From Candidatus Latescibacterota bacterium (lineage in GTDB: Bacteria; Latescibacterota; UBA2968; UBA8231): 64,000 nt of DNA. The stretch covers positions 1,952,001 to 2,016,000 of the forward strand of contig OZ252098.1 in the NCBI GenBank assembly GCA_965248355.1. The letters run 5' to 3'. Both the position numbers and the translations under genes were made by a program. Below the pieces are notes generated by a model. That model had not been told where the DNA came from and did not search any database. It saw only the letters and a list, made by a program, of their open reading frames with translations. Below, piece by piece: positions 56,609 through 64,000 of this stretch; positions within the stretch are counted from its first letter, which is position 1, and the number at the start of each line of letters is the position of its first letter.

Positions 56609-58313
56609 CCTCCACCCGGCCCTCATCCTGGTGGCGGGAGCCCTGGTGCTGCCCCTGCTGCGGGGGCGCTGGAGGGGCGCGGCGATGGTGGTCCTTCCCC
56701 TGGCGGGCTTCCTCAACCTCCTCGGGCTGGAGGCCGGGGCCGAGCTGCGGTTGACCCTGGCCGGGCTCGAGCTGCACGTGCTGCGCGTCGACCGGCTCAG
56801 CCTGGTCTTCGGATACCTGTTCCACCTGGCGGCCCTGGTGGGCGCCGTCTATGCCCTGCACCTGAAGGACTCCCTGCAGCCGACGACGGGGCTGATCTAC
56901 GCCGGCAGCGCCGTGGGGGCCGTCTTCGCCGGCGACCTGATCACCCTCTTCCTGTTCTGGGAGCTGCTGGCCGTCACCTCGGTCTTCCAGATCTGGGCCC
57001 GGAGGACCGACCGCGCCCTGGGGGCGGGGATGCGCTACCTCCTCGTCCACGTCACCTCCGGGCTGCTGTTGCTGGCCGGGGCCGCCCTGCGCTACCACGA
57101 GACCGGCTCTCTCGCCTTCGGGCCCACGGATCTCGAGGGAGCGGCGGCCTGGCTGCTGCTGCTGGCCTTCGGCGTCAAGTGCGCCTTTCCCCTGCTGCAC
57201 ACCTGGCTCGTGGACGCCTACCCGGAGGCGACGCCCACGGGCACCGTCTTCCTCTCGGCCTTCACCACCAAAGCCGCGGTCTACTGCCTGGCCCGCGGTT
57301 TCGCCGGCGCCGAGGTCCTGATCTGGGTCGGGGCGGTGATGACCCTCTTCCCCATCTTCTTCGCCGTCATCGAGAACGACCTGCGCCGGGTCCTCGGCTA
57401 CAGCATGATCAACCAGATCGGCTTCATGGTCGTCGGCGTCGGTCTCGGCGAGGGGCTGGGGGTCAACGGCGCCGTGGCCCACGCCTTCAACGACGTGTTC
57501 TTCAAGGGCGTGCTGTTCATGTCCATGGGAGCGGTCCTGCTGCGCACGGGACGCATCAACGGCTCCGACCTGGGGGGCCTCTACAAGTCGATGCCGTGGA
57601 CGGCGGGGTTCTGCATCGTGGGCGCCTCGTCGATCTCCGCCTTTCCTCTCTTCAGCGGCTTCGTCAGCAAGTCGATGGTGATGGCCGAGGCCGCCGACCA
57701 AGGGCATGTCCTGCTGTGGCTGATGCTGCTCTTCGCCTCGGCGGGGGTCTTCCATCACGCCGGCATCAAGATCCCCTTCTTCGCCTTCTTCTCCCACGAC
57801 GCCGGCATCCGCTGCCGGGAAGCTCCGCGGAACATGCTGGTCGCCATGGGCCTGGGGGCCGCCGTCTGCCTCTTCAACGGCATCTGGCCGGGGGTCCTCT
57901 ACGGCCTTCTGCCCCACCCCGTGGTGTTCTCCGACGGCACCGTGTACGACCCGTACACACCGGGCCACGTCCTGCACCAGATGCAGCTCCTGTTCTTCTC
58001 GGCCCTGGCCTTCGCCGCCCTCAAGCTGACCCACGTCTATCCGCCCGAGCTGCGCTCGGTGAACCTCGACGCGGACTGGCTCGGACGGAAGCTCCTGCCC
58101 TCAGCGGTCCGGAGACTGGAGGCCCTCGGCGCGCCGCTGGGCCGGGGATTCGCCGGCGCCGGCCGGAGCCTGGCGGCCTGGGCGATCGACTTCCTCCACG
58201 CCCATCACGGGCCCGCGGCCTGGGCGGGGCGGACCTGGCTCACCAGCACCTCCGTCCTGGTCGTGATGGGAGTCCTGGCGGGCTACCTGCTCTACGTCTA
58301 CCGGACGTTCTGA
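56598..58313 (+). CDS. MrpD/MrpA-like proton-translocating subunit (third)
   Basis: LFLFWELL, PLLHTWLVDAYPEAT, FTTK, RRVLGYSMINQIG, SGFVSK. Confidence 0.85.
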   Translation: MTASLHPALILVAGALVLPLLRGRWRGAAMVVLPLAGFLNLLGLEAGAELRLTLAGLELHVLRVDRLSLVFGYLFHLAALVGAVYALHLKDSLQPTTGLIYAGSAVGAVFAGDLITLFLFWELLAVTSVFQIWARRTDRALGAGMRYLLVHVTSGLLLLAGAALRYHETGSLAFGPTDLEGAAAWLLLLAFGVKCAFPLLHTWLVDAYPEATPTGTVFLSAFTTKAAVYCLARGFAGAEVLIWVGAVMTLFPIFFAVIENDLRRVLGYSMINQIGFMVVGVGLGEGLGVNGAVAHAFNDVFFKGVLFMSMGAVLLRTGRINGSDLGGLYKSMPWTAGFCIVGASSISAFPLFSGFVSKSMVMAEAADQGHVLLWLMLLFASAGVFHHAGIKIPFFAFFSHDAGIRCREAPRNMLVAMGLGAAVCLFNGIWPGVLYGLLPHPVVFSDGTVYDPYTPGHVLHQMQLLFFSALAFAALKLTHVYPPELRSVNLDADWLGRKLLPSAVRRLEALGAPLGRGFAGAGRSLAAWAIDFLHAHHGPAAWAGRTWLTSTSVLVVMGVLAGYLLYVYRTF

Positions 58314-58368
58314 AGGAATTCGGAAGGGCTCGGAGCCTGCGGGAGGCCGCGCCCCGATCCCGGGCGCC

Positions 58369-58872
58369 TCAGGCCTCGAGTCCGAGGGCCGCGACCACGG
58401 CCTCAGCCGCCTGGTCCGGGGTGCCGGAGATGTCCACTCTGACCGCGTCGAGGGGCGGCTCGAGAGCCTCGAACTGGCTGCGGAGCAGGCCGGCGGGCAT
58501 GTAGCGGTGCACGCGGTCCCGCAGGCGCCCCGCGATCAGCGCCTCGGCGCCGGAGAGGTGGACGAAGCGGACCCTCTCCCCCCGGCCCCCCCGCAGGATG
58601 GCCCGGTAGTCCTCCTTGAGGGCCGAGCAGCCGAGGACGCAGCTCTGGCCGGCATCGAGGCGCCGGCCGATCTCGTCGGACAGCCTCCGCAGCCAGGGCC
58701 AGCGGTCCTCGTCCCGCAGGGGGATGCCCGCGGCCATCCTGGCCACGTTGGCCTCGGGGTGGTAGTCGTCGCCGTCGAGGAAGGGCCAGCCGAGGCGCTC
58801 TTCGAGAAGGCGGCCCACCGTGGTCTTGCCGCTTCCGGTGACGCCCATCAGTACCACGGCTGCCGCCCTCAT
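58369..58872 (-). CDS. gntK: Gluconokinase (GntK/IdnK family)
   Basis: MGVTGSGKTT, DGDDYHPEANV..M..GIPL.DEDRWPWL, CSALK, LLRSQFEALEPP. Confidence 0.9.
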   Translation of the reverse strand: MRAAAVVLMGVTGSGKTTVGRLLEERLGWPFLDGDDYHPEANVARMAAGIPLRDEDRWPWLRRLSDEIGRRLDAGQSCVLGCSALKEDYRAILRGGRGERVRFVHLSGAEALIAGRLRDRVHRYMPAGLLRSQFEALEPPLDAVRVDISGTPDQAAEAVVAALGLEA

Positions 58873-59001
58873 AGTCCTCGGCCCCGGCCGGCTTGCGGGA
58901 TCGGTCCGCTCCCTTGCGCAGCGCGGCGCCTCTCGAGCCGCTCTCGTGGCGCCAGGGGGGCCCAGTATACACATTTGCCCGCAGGGAATCCGAGAACCGC
59001 C

Positions 59002-59913
59002 ATGCCCGAGCTCCCCGATGTCCTGGCTTACCTGACCGCCCTCGAGGGCCGCATCGACGGCCTTGTGATCGAGGGGGTCCAGCTGCGCAGCCCCTTCCTG
59101 GTGCGCTCCGTCGAGCCCCGGCTCGAGGCCGCCGAGGGCCTGCGGGTGCTCGCCTTCCGCCGCCTCGGCAAGCGCATCGTGTGGGAGCTGGAGGACGAGC
59201 TGTTCCTCGTCTTCCACCTGATGATCGCCGGGCGCTTCCACTGGAAGAAGGCCGGCTCCCGGCCGGCGCGGAAGGTCGACCTGGCGGCCTTCCACTTCGA
59301 CGCGGGAACGCTGATGCTCACCGAGGCCGGCTCCCGCAAGCGGGCTTCGCTGCACGTGATCCGCGGCGCCGGCGGGCTGGCCGCCCACGACCCGGGCGGC
59401 CTGGAGGTGCTGGAGGCGGGCCTCGACGAGTTCGCCCGCATCCTTCGTCGCCGCAATCACACCCTCAAGCGGGCCCTCACCGACCCGAGGTTGTTCTCCG
59501 GCATCGGCAACGCCTACTCCGACGAGATCCTCCACGCCGCCGGCCTGTCGCCGGTGAAGTGGACCTCCCACCTCGCCGACGACGAGGTCGAGCGCCTGTA
59601 CGAGGCCGCCCGCTCGACTCTCGAGGAATGGTGCGCGCGCCTCCGGGCCGAGGCGGAGCGGGCCTTCCCGGAGAAGGTCACCGCCTTCCGACCCGAGATG
59701 GCCGTCCACGGCCGCTACGGCAAGCCCTGCCCCGCCTGCGGCACCGCCGTGCAGGAGATCGCCTACGCCTCGAAGGAGACCAACTACTGCCCGCGGTGCC
59801 AGACGGGGGGCCGGATGCTGGCCGACCGCCAGTTGTCCCGGATGCTGAAGGACGACTGGCCGCGGACGATCGAGGAGCTCGAGGCGCGGCTGGGCACCGC
59901 CGGCGAAGGCTAG
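59002..59913 (+). CDS. Fpg/Nei family DNA glycosylase/AP lyase
   Basis: MPELPDV N-terminus, RRLGK, HLMIAG, H2TH SGIGNAYSDEIL, zinc finger CPAC...YCPRCQ. Confidence 0.9.
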   Translation: MPELPDVLAYLTALEGRIDGLVIEGVQLRSPFLVRSVEPRLEAAEGLRVLAFRRLGKRIVWELEDELFLVFHLMIAGRFHWKKAGSRPARKVDLAAFHFDAGTLMLTEAGSRKRASLHVIRGAGGLAAHDPGGLEVLEAGLDEFARILRRRNHTLKRALTDPRLFSGIGNAYSDEILHAAGLSPVKWTSHLADDEVERLYEAARSTLEEWCARLRAEAERAFPEKVTAFRPEMAVHGRYGKPCPACGTAVQEIAYASKETNYCPRCQTGGRMLADRQLSRMLKDDWPRTIEELEARLGTAGEG

Positions 59914-59916
59914 CCC

Positions 59917-60828
59917 GTGCCTTGCAGCGTCGACGTGGCCGGTCTCGGCATGGTCACGGTGGATCATCTCTACCGGGTCCCCGCCCTGCCCGCCTTCGGC
60001 GCCCCCCGTCGCGCCTCCGGCCACTCGCGCGCCTGTGGCGGTCCGGTGCCCAACGCCCTGGCCTGCCTGTCGCGCCTGGGGGCCTCGACACGCTTCGTCG
60101 GCAGGGTCGGCGACGACGAGGAAGGCGCCTTCGCGCGGTCCGAGCTGAGCCGCCACGGCGTCGACGTCTCCCGCCTGCGGGTGGCCCGCGGGCGGTCCCG
60201 CCTGGTCCTGGTGCTGGTCGAGGAGACCGGGGGCGAGCGCGCCTTCGTCTCCCGTCCGGAGTCCTTTCCACCGCTGGCCGGCGACGACCTCGAGCCGGAG
60301 GACGTGGCCGGCGCCCGCGTCCTGCACCTCGACGATGCCGACGACGCCGCGATCCGCGCCGCCCGCTGGGCGCGCGCCTCCGGGGCCGCCGTCGTCCTGG
60401 ACGGCACCTGGCAGAGCGAGCGTCTGGGGGAGCTGCTGCCCCTGGTCGACTACGCCGTCGTGAGCGAGTTCTTCGCCCGCCGCTGGCTGCCCGGCGCCGG
60501 CCGCTGGGAGGTGCTGCGGCGGCTGCGCGCCCTCGGGGCGGGGGTTGCCGTCCTCACCCGCGGCGAAGGCGGCGCCGCCGCCGAGGACGAAGCCGGCCGG
60601 GTGGAGTGCCCGGCGCCCTCGGTGGAGGTGGTCGACACCACCGGCGCCGGAGACGCCTTTCACGGGGGGTTCATCTTCGGGCTGCTCCAGGGCTGGCCGC
60701 TGGAGGAGACCCTGCGCTTCGCCTGCGCCACCGGGGCCCTGAACTGCCGCGCTCTCGGCGGCCAGGCCGGGCTTCCCCGCCGGGAGGAGGTGGAGGAGCT
60801 GCTGGACCGACCGGCCTCGGCCTCGTGA
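59917..60828 (+). CDS. PfkB family carbohydrate kinase
   Basis: GGPVPNA, GRVGDDEEG, VLTRGEGG, VVDTTGAGDAFHGG. Confidence 0.88.
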   Translation: MPCSVDVAGLGMVTVDHLYRVPALPAFGAPRRASGHSRACGGPVPNALACLSRLGASTRFVGRVGDDEEGAFARSELSRHGVDVSRLRVARGRSRLVLVLVEETGGERAFVSRPESFPPLAGDDLEPEDVAGARVLHLDDADDAAIRAARWARASGAAVVLDGTWQSERLGELLPLVDYAVVSEFFARRWLPGAGRWEVLRRLRALGAGVAVLTRGEGGAAAEDEAGRVECPAPSVEVVDTTGAGDAFHGGFIFGLLQGWPLEETLRFACATGALNCRALGGQAGLPRREEVEELLDRPASAS

Positions 60829-61005
60829 CCGTCGCAAGGCCGAGGAAGAGCCCCGCCGCATCCGGTCTCAGGAACCGCCCGCGGCGACAGCCCGGAGGCT
60901 TTCGCGCCCTTCGCCGAGGCGGTATCCTGTTCTGCCTCCTGAAGGGCCGCCCGGGAAGGGGCACCACCTCCCGGCCCGCAGCCCCAACCGGGATGGAAAA
61001 GGCCG

Positions 61006-61953
61006 ATGGAACTCCCCGGATCCCAGCCTTTGCCGACCTGCCGCCGACTGCTCGCCGTGATTTTTGCGGCGGCCCTGGCCGCCCCGGCCGCGTGGGCCGT
61101 CGAGACCATCCCCCTGCAGCTGGTCCGAGCCCTTCCGGTGGAGGGCCTGGACAACGCCCATCCCTCGGGCCTGACGATCGTCGACGGGCAGCTCTACGCC
61201 GTCTCCGACCAGCACGATCACGCCGTCTGCCGGATCCGGCTGCGCCCGGACCGCGCCGTCCTCGAGCCCCACGTCACCTTCAACGCCCCCTGGTCCGGCG
61301 CCTGGGTCCTCTCGCTCGACTTCGAGGGTCTGGCCTACAAGGACGGCTTCTTCTTCCTGGTGAGCGAAGCCATCTTCCGGGTGCTGCGCGTCCACGAGAC
61401 CGGCACCGACCTGGCCTGGGTCATCCCCAGCGTCGAGGAGGCGGGCCTGGAGGCCGGTCTCTTCGGCGAGAAGAAGGCCCGCCTCGAGGGCCTGGCCCTG
61501 CTCGGCGGGGGCCGCCTCCTGCTGGCCGCCGAGCGCGCCCCCCGGGGCCTGGTGGAGGTCGTCGTCGGTCCCGGGGCGGGAGGCTCCGGCGAGGCGGCCG
61601 TCTCCGCCCACGCCTTCGACGAGTCCCTCCTCGAGCTGCCGGAACCGCTGCGGCCCGACTTCTCCGATCTGTTCTACGACGGGGAGGATCTCTACGCCCT
61701 GAGCCGCAACGCCGAGGCGGTGCTGCGCATCGAGTACGAGGCCGGCGAGCTCCGCGAGCTCGCCTTCTGGACCTTCGGCGAGGTCACCGGCGCCCCGGAG
61801 CACCGGTACCAGAATCAGCGCTCCGGCCGGGCCGAGGGCCTGTGCCTGGACGACGAGTACGTATACGTGGTGCTCGACAACAACGGCCGGGGCCGCGAGG
61901 CCGACCCCGAGGACATCCGGCCTCAGCTGTTCCTCTTCCGGCGGCCCCCCTGA
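61006..61953 (+). CDS. Secreted beta-propeller protein (SdiA-regulated/phytase-like)
   Basis: Signal peptide; repeated blades PSGLT, DFEGLA, LEGLA, DFSDL, AEGLC. Confidence 0.65.
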   Translation: MELPGSQPLPTCRRLLAVIFAAALAAPAAWAVETIPLQLVRALPVEGLDNAHPSGLTIVDGQLYAVSDQHDHAVCRIRLRPDRAVLEPHVTFNAPWSGAWVLSLDFEGLAYKDGFFFLVSEAIFRVLRVHETGTDLAWVIPSVEEAGLEAGLFGEKKARLEGLALLGGGRLLLAAERAPRGLVEVVVGPGAGGSGEAAVSAHAFDESLLELPEPLRPDFSDLFYDGEDLYALSRNAEAVLRIEYEAGELRELAFWTFGEVTGAPEHRYQNQRSGRAEGLCLDDEYVYVVLDNNGRGREADPEDIRPQLFLFRRPP

Positions 61954-61957
61954 CCGC

Positions 61958-62719
61958 CTAGGGGCCGAACCCGCTCGGGCCCTCGAAGCCGGCCGCCTCC
62001 GTGCCCAGACGCACGAAGGCCTCGGCGAACTCGCACCCCTTCATCCAGGCCGTGGACTGGGCCTCCAGGGCGCGGTACCGGGCCAGGGTCTCGTAGCGGT
62101 CGGGCAGGTCGGGCTGGGCCCTCAGATGTTCGAGGGCCTCCCGCTTGCGGGCCTGGGTCGGCCCGATGTCGACGAACAGGTTGGGAAGGAACCGGGCCAC
62201 CGGGGCGGTGCCCAGGGTGGTCTCGTAGAACGCCACCTGGGGCGCGGGGGAGGGCGGCTCGTCGAGCTCGAGGCCGGGCCGCGAGCAGTAGCGGCTGGCC
62301 CACACGACGGCCCGGGTGGTCTCCATGTGATCGGGGTGCAGGACATCGTCGATCCAGTGGCTCAGCACGAGGTCGGGCCGGTAGGCGCGGAACAGGGTCA
62401 GCAGCTTCTGCCGGCGGTCCTCATCGATCACGAGGGGGCTGTCCCCCCAGTCCAGACACTCGATCTCCGCGCCGAGGACCTGCGCCGCGGCGCGCATCTC
62501 CCGTCCCCGCTCCGCCTTCACCTCCTCCATGGAGGGCGCCGGTTGGCGCGCCCAGAGGGCGGGAGACTCGCACTTCTCGCCGTAGCTCAGGTCGTAGACC
62601 CGGACCTGGCTGCCCTTGTCCGTGAGCCGCGCGATGGTGCCCCCCGCCCGGGAGCAGAAGTCGGCGGCGTGGGCGCTGAAGACCAGCACCCGCCGTCCCT
62701 CTCGAATCATGTCGCTCAC
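61958..62719 (-). CDS. PIG-L family protein, GalB (4-oxalomesaconate hydratase)-like
   Basis: VFSAHAADF..RAGGTIA, LSYGEKCES..LW, HPDH, AEAFVR. Confidence 0.72.
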   Translation of the reverse strand: MSDMIREGRRVLVFSAHAADFCSRAGGTIARLTDKGSQVRVYDLSYGEKCESPALWARQPAPSMEEVKAERGREMRAAAQVLGAEIECLDWGDSPLVIDEDRRQKLLTLFRAYRPDLVLSHWIDDVLHPDHMETTRAVVWASRYCSRPGLELDEPPSPAPQVAFYETTLGTAPVARFLPNLFVDIGPTQARKREALEHLRAQPDLPDRYETLARYRALEAQSTAWMKGCEFAEAFVRLGTEAAGFEGPSGFGP

Positions 62720-62785
62720 TCGTGCCTCCTCGGATGGGCCCTGCGGCCGTGGAGAGGGAGATTCAAGTCCTCCGGGCGGCGCCGA

Positions 62786-63934
62786 TCAACGCCGGGACTC
62801 CTCCCCGAGCACCGGGCGGGCTTCGTACCGCCCCCCCATGGCGCTCGGCTGGATGAGAGCGAAGGCCAGGTGGTTCACGAACATGCGGTTCGCCGCGCAG
62901 GGGTAGCGGGTGTTGAAGCCTGGGGGAGGTATCGTCGCGGTGACGCGCCCGTCGAGGACCAGGGCGGGGACCGGGCCGAAGCCTGTGCAGAGGGCGTTGC
63001 TTCCGGCGTAGCGGGTGATGTCGAAGAAGGAGTGGAACAGGGGATGACCCAGCTCGAGGAGCTGCCGTTCCACACGGCTGCCGTAACGACGGTCCAGCCC
63101 GGCCTCGCACAGGGCCAGCTGCCTCGAATCCATGATGCCGAGTCCTCCCCGCGCCAGGTACTCCACCATGGCCTCGAGGGACTCGACGTCGATGTACCCG
63201 AGATGGAGGACGGAGAACTCCCGCATCTCGCTTCGGTGAAGGATGTGCCGCTCCGGGCATCCGGCGAAACCGTGGATGGGATCGGGCTCGTCACCTATGC
63301 CTTCGATCAGAGCGCCGAAGCGCCCGAGCTTTTTCAGGTGGAACTCGATTTCGAGGGGGACTGGACCGGGAAGCTTGTGTCCGCCTCGAAGGAATGCGGC
63401 CGCTTCGATCTGAGCTCCCAAGGGCCTGCCGTAGGCGGGCAGGTGCAGCCAGGCCCGCTCGAGCTTTCCCGTGGCGGGGGCGATGACGGCCACGTTGCGG
63501 CGCCGCCGCTGCGCGTCCAGCTCGACCGGATCGGGGATCGGCAGGTCCGTCACCTGGTCCTTCCACATCACGCTGTCGGGCAGCGAGTCCGGCTCCCGCT
63601 CCCGGGGCTGCTTGATGTCGAGAGGCTGGATCGCCTCGGCCGCCGGTGGCGGCGTCTCCGGCAGCGGCGCCGGCGAGGCGTCGCCGGGATGGGCCAGGGC
63701 CGCCAGGGATGATTCCAATCCAAGCACGCGCCGAACCATCTCCCGCGACACGGGGACCGGCGCCCGCGGCTCGTGGCGCCGGACGGGCAGGGGTCGGTAA
63801 CGCCGGACGGCGGGGAGCCAGCTCTCCCGATCGACCTTCGGCGGCAGCAGCCACTCAAGGAGGCCGAGCACGACGAGGTGGATCAGGGCCGAGGCGAGAA
63901 GTGAGCCGAGCGCACGTCTGGCGGAGTGGCTCAT
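62786..63934 (-). CDS. Membrane-anchored protein with a TonB-like N-terminal helix, Pro-rich linker and DUF4159-like C-domain
   Basis: LLASALIHLVVL; PAPLPETPPP; EYLARGGLGIMD, GHPLFHSFFDIT, FVNHLAFALIQ parallel the 19914 protein. Confidence 0.6.
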   Translation of the reverse strand: MSHSARRALGSLLASALIHLVVLGLLEWLLPPKVDRESWLPAVRRYRPLPVRRHEPRAPVPVSREMVRRVLGLESSLAALAHPGDASPAPLPETPPPAAEAIQPLDIKQPREREPDSLPDSVMWKDQVTDLPIPDPVELDAQRRRRNVAVIAPATGKLERAWLHLPAYGRPLGAQIEAAAFLRGGHKLPGPVPLEIEFHLKKLGRFGALIEGIGDEPDPIHGFAGCPERHILHRSEMREFSVLHLGYIDVESLEAMVEYLARGGLGIMDSRQLALCEAGLDRRYGSRVERQLLELGHPLFHSFFDITRYAGSNALCTGFGPVPALVLDGRVTATIPPPGFNTRYPCAANRMFVNHLAFALIQPSAMGGRYEARPVLGEESRR

Positions 63935-64000
63935 GGATCAGCCGGCCTCAGGGGCGGCGATGGCGGCCCGATGGCGCCGAAGCCCTCTGCCGGGTCACAG

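Noticed and set aside
53361..58313. NADH dehydrogenase NuoL/M/N or membrane hydrogenase
   Set aside because: Context is mrpEFGBC with no redox subunits.
59002..59913. PELPD instead of PELPE at the Fpg N-terminus
   Set aside because: The catalytic Pro-Glu is intact and the change is conservative; not notable.

Overview
High-GC bacterial DNA, densely coding (about 55 genes). I found no rRNA, tRNA, CRISPR array or mobile element. FlgD-Ig/T9SS-like C-terminal domains, DUF4159 proteins and several enolase-, PhyH- and amidohydrolase-family enzymes suggest an FCB-superphylum organism, possibly Latescibacterota (inference only). Layout: (1) 1-2507, a transglutaminase-like protein and a CBM9-like protein; (2) 2708-24508, a co-directional uncharacterised envelope locus with two secreted proteins carrying FlgD-Ig/T9SS-like CTDs, three tandem paralogous 900-1050 aa putative outer-membrane beta-barrel proteins with Asp-rich loops, a ~1080 aa TPR protein, two lipoproteins, a membrane-anchored DUF4159 protein, a CsgG/FlgT-like protein and an ExbB-ExbD-ExbD motor without TonB. 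This is the best candidate for an undescribed PMF-driven secretion, import or motility machine; (3) 24691-28055, putative glycan-active genes; (4) 28308-37262, a convergent Wzx/Wzy polysaccharide locus; (5) 37474-50693, catabolic enzymes, including a doubly frameshifted C45 pseudogene and a protein with a 7-repeat propeller inserted in a LamG-like domain; (6) 50952-58313, an Mrp Na+/H+ antiporter operon; (7) 58369-63934, gluconokinase, Fpg/Nei glycosylase, PfkB kinase, a propeller protein, a GalB-like protein and a second DUF4159-like protein with a TonB-like anchor. All calls come from motifs recognised by eye; no database searches were run. Many starts were re-assigned from the ORF track using RBS and stop/start overlaps.
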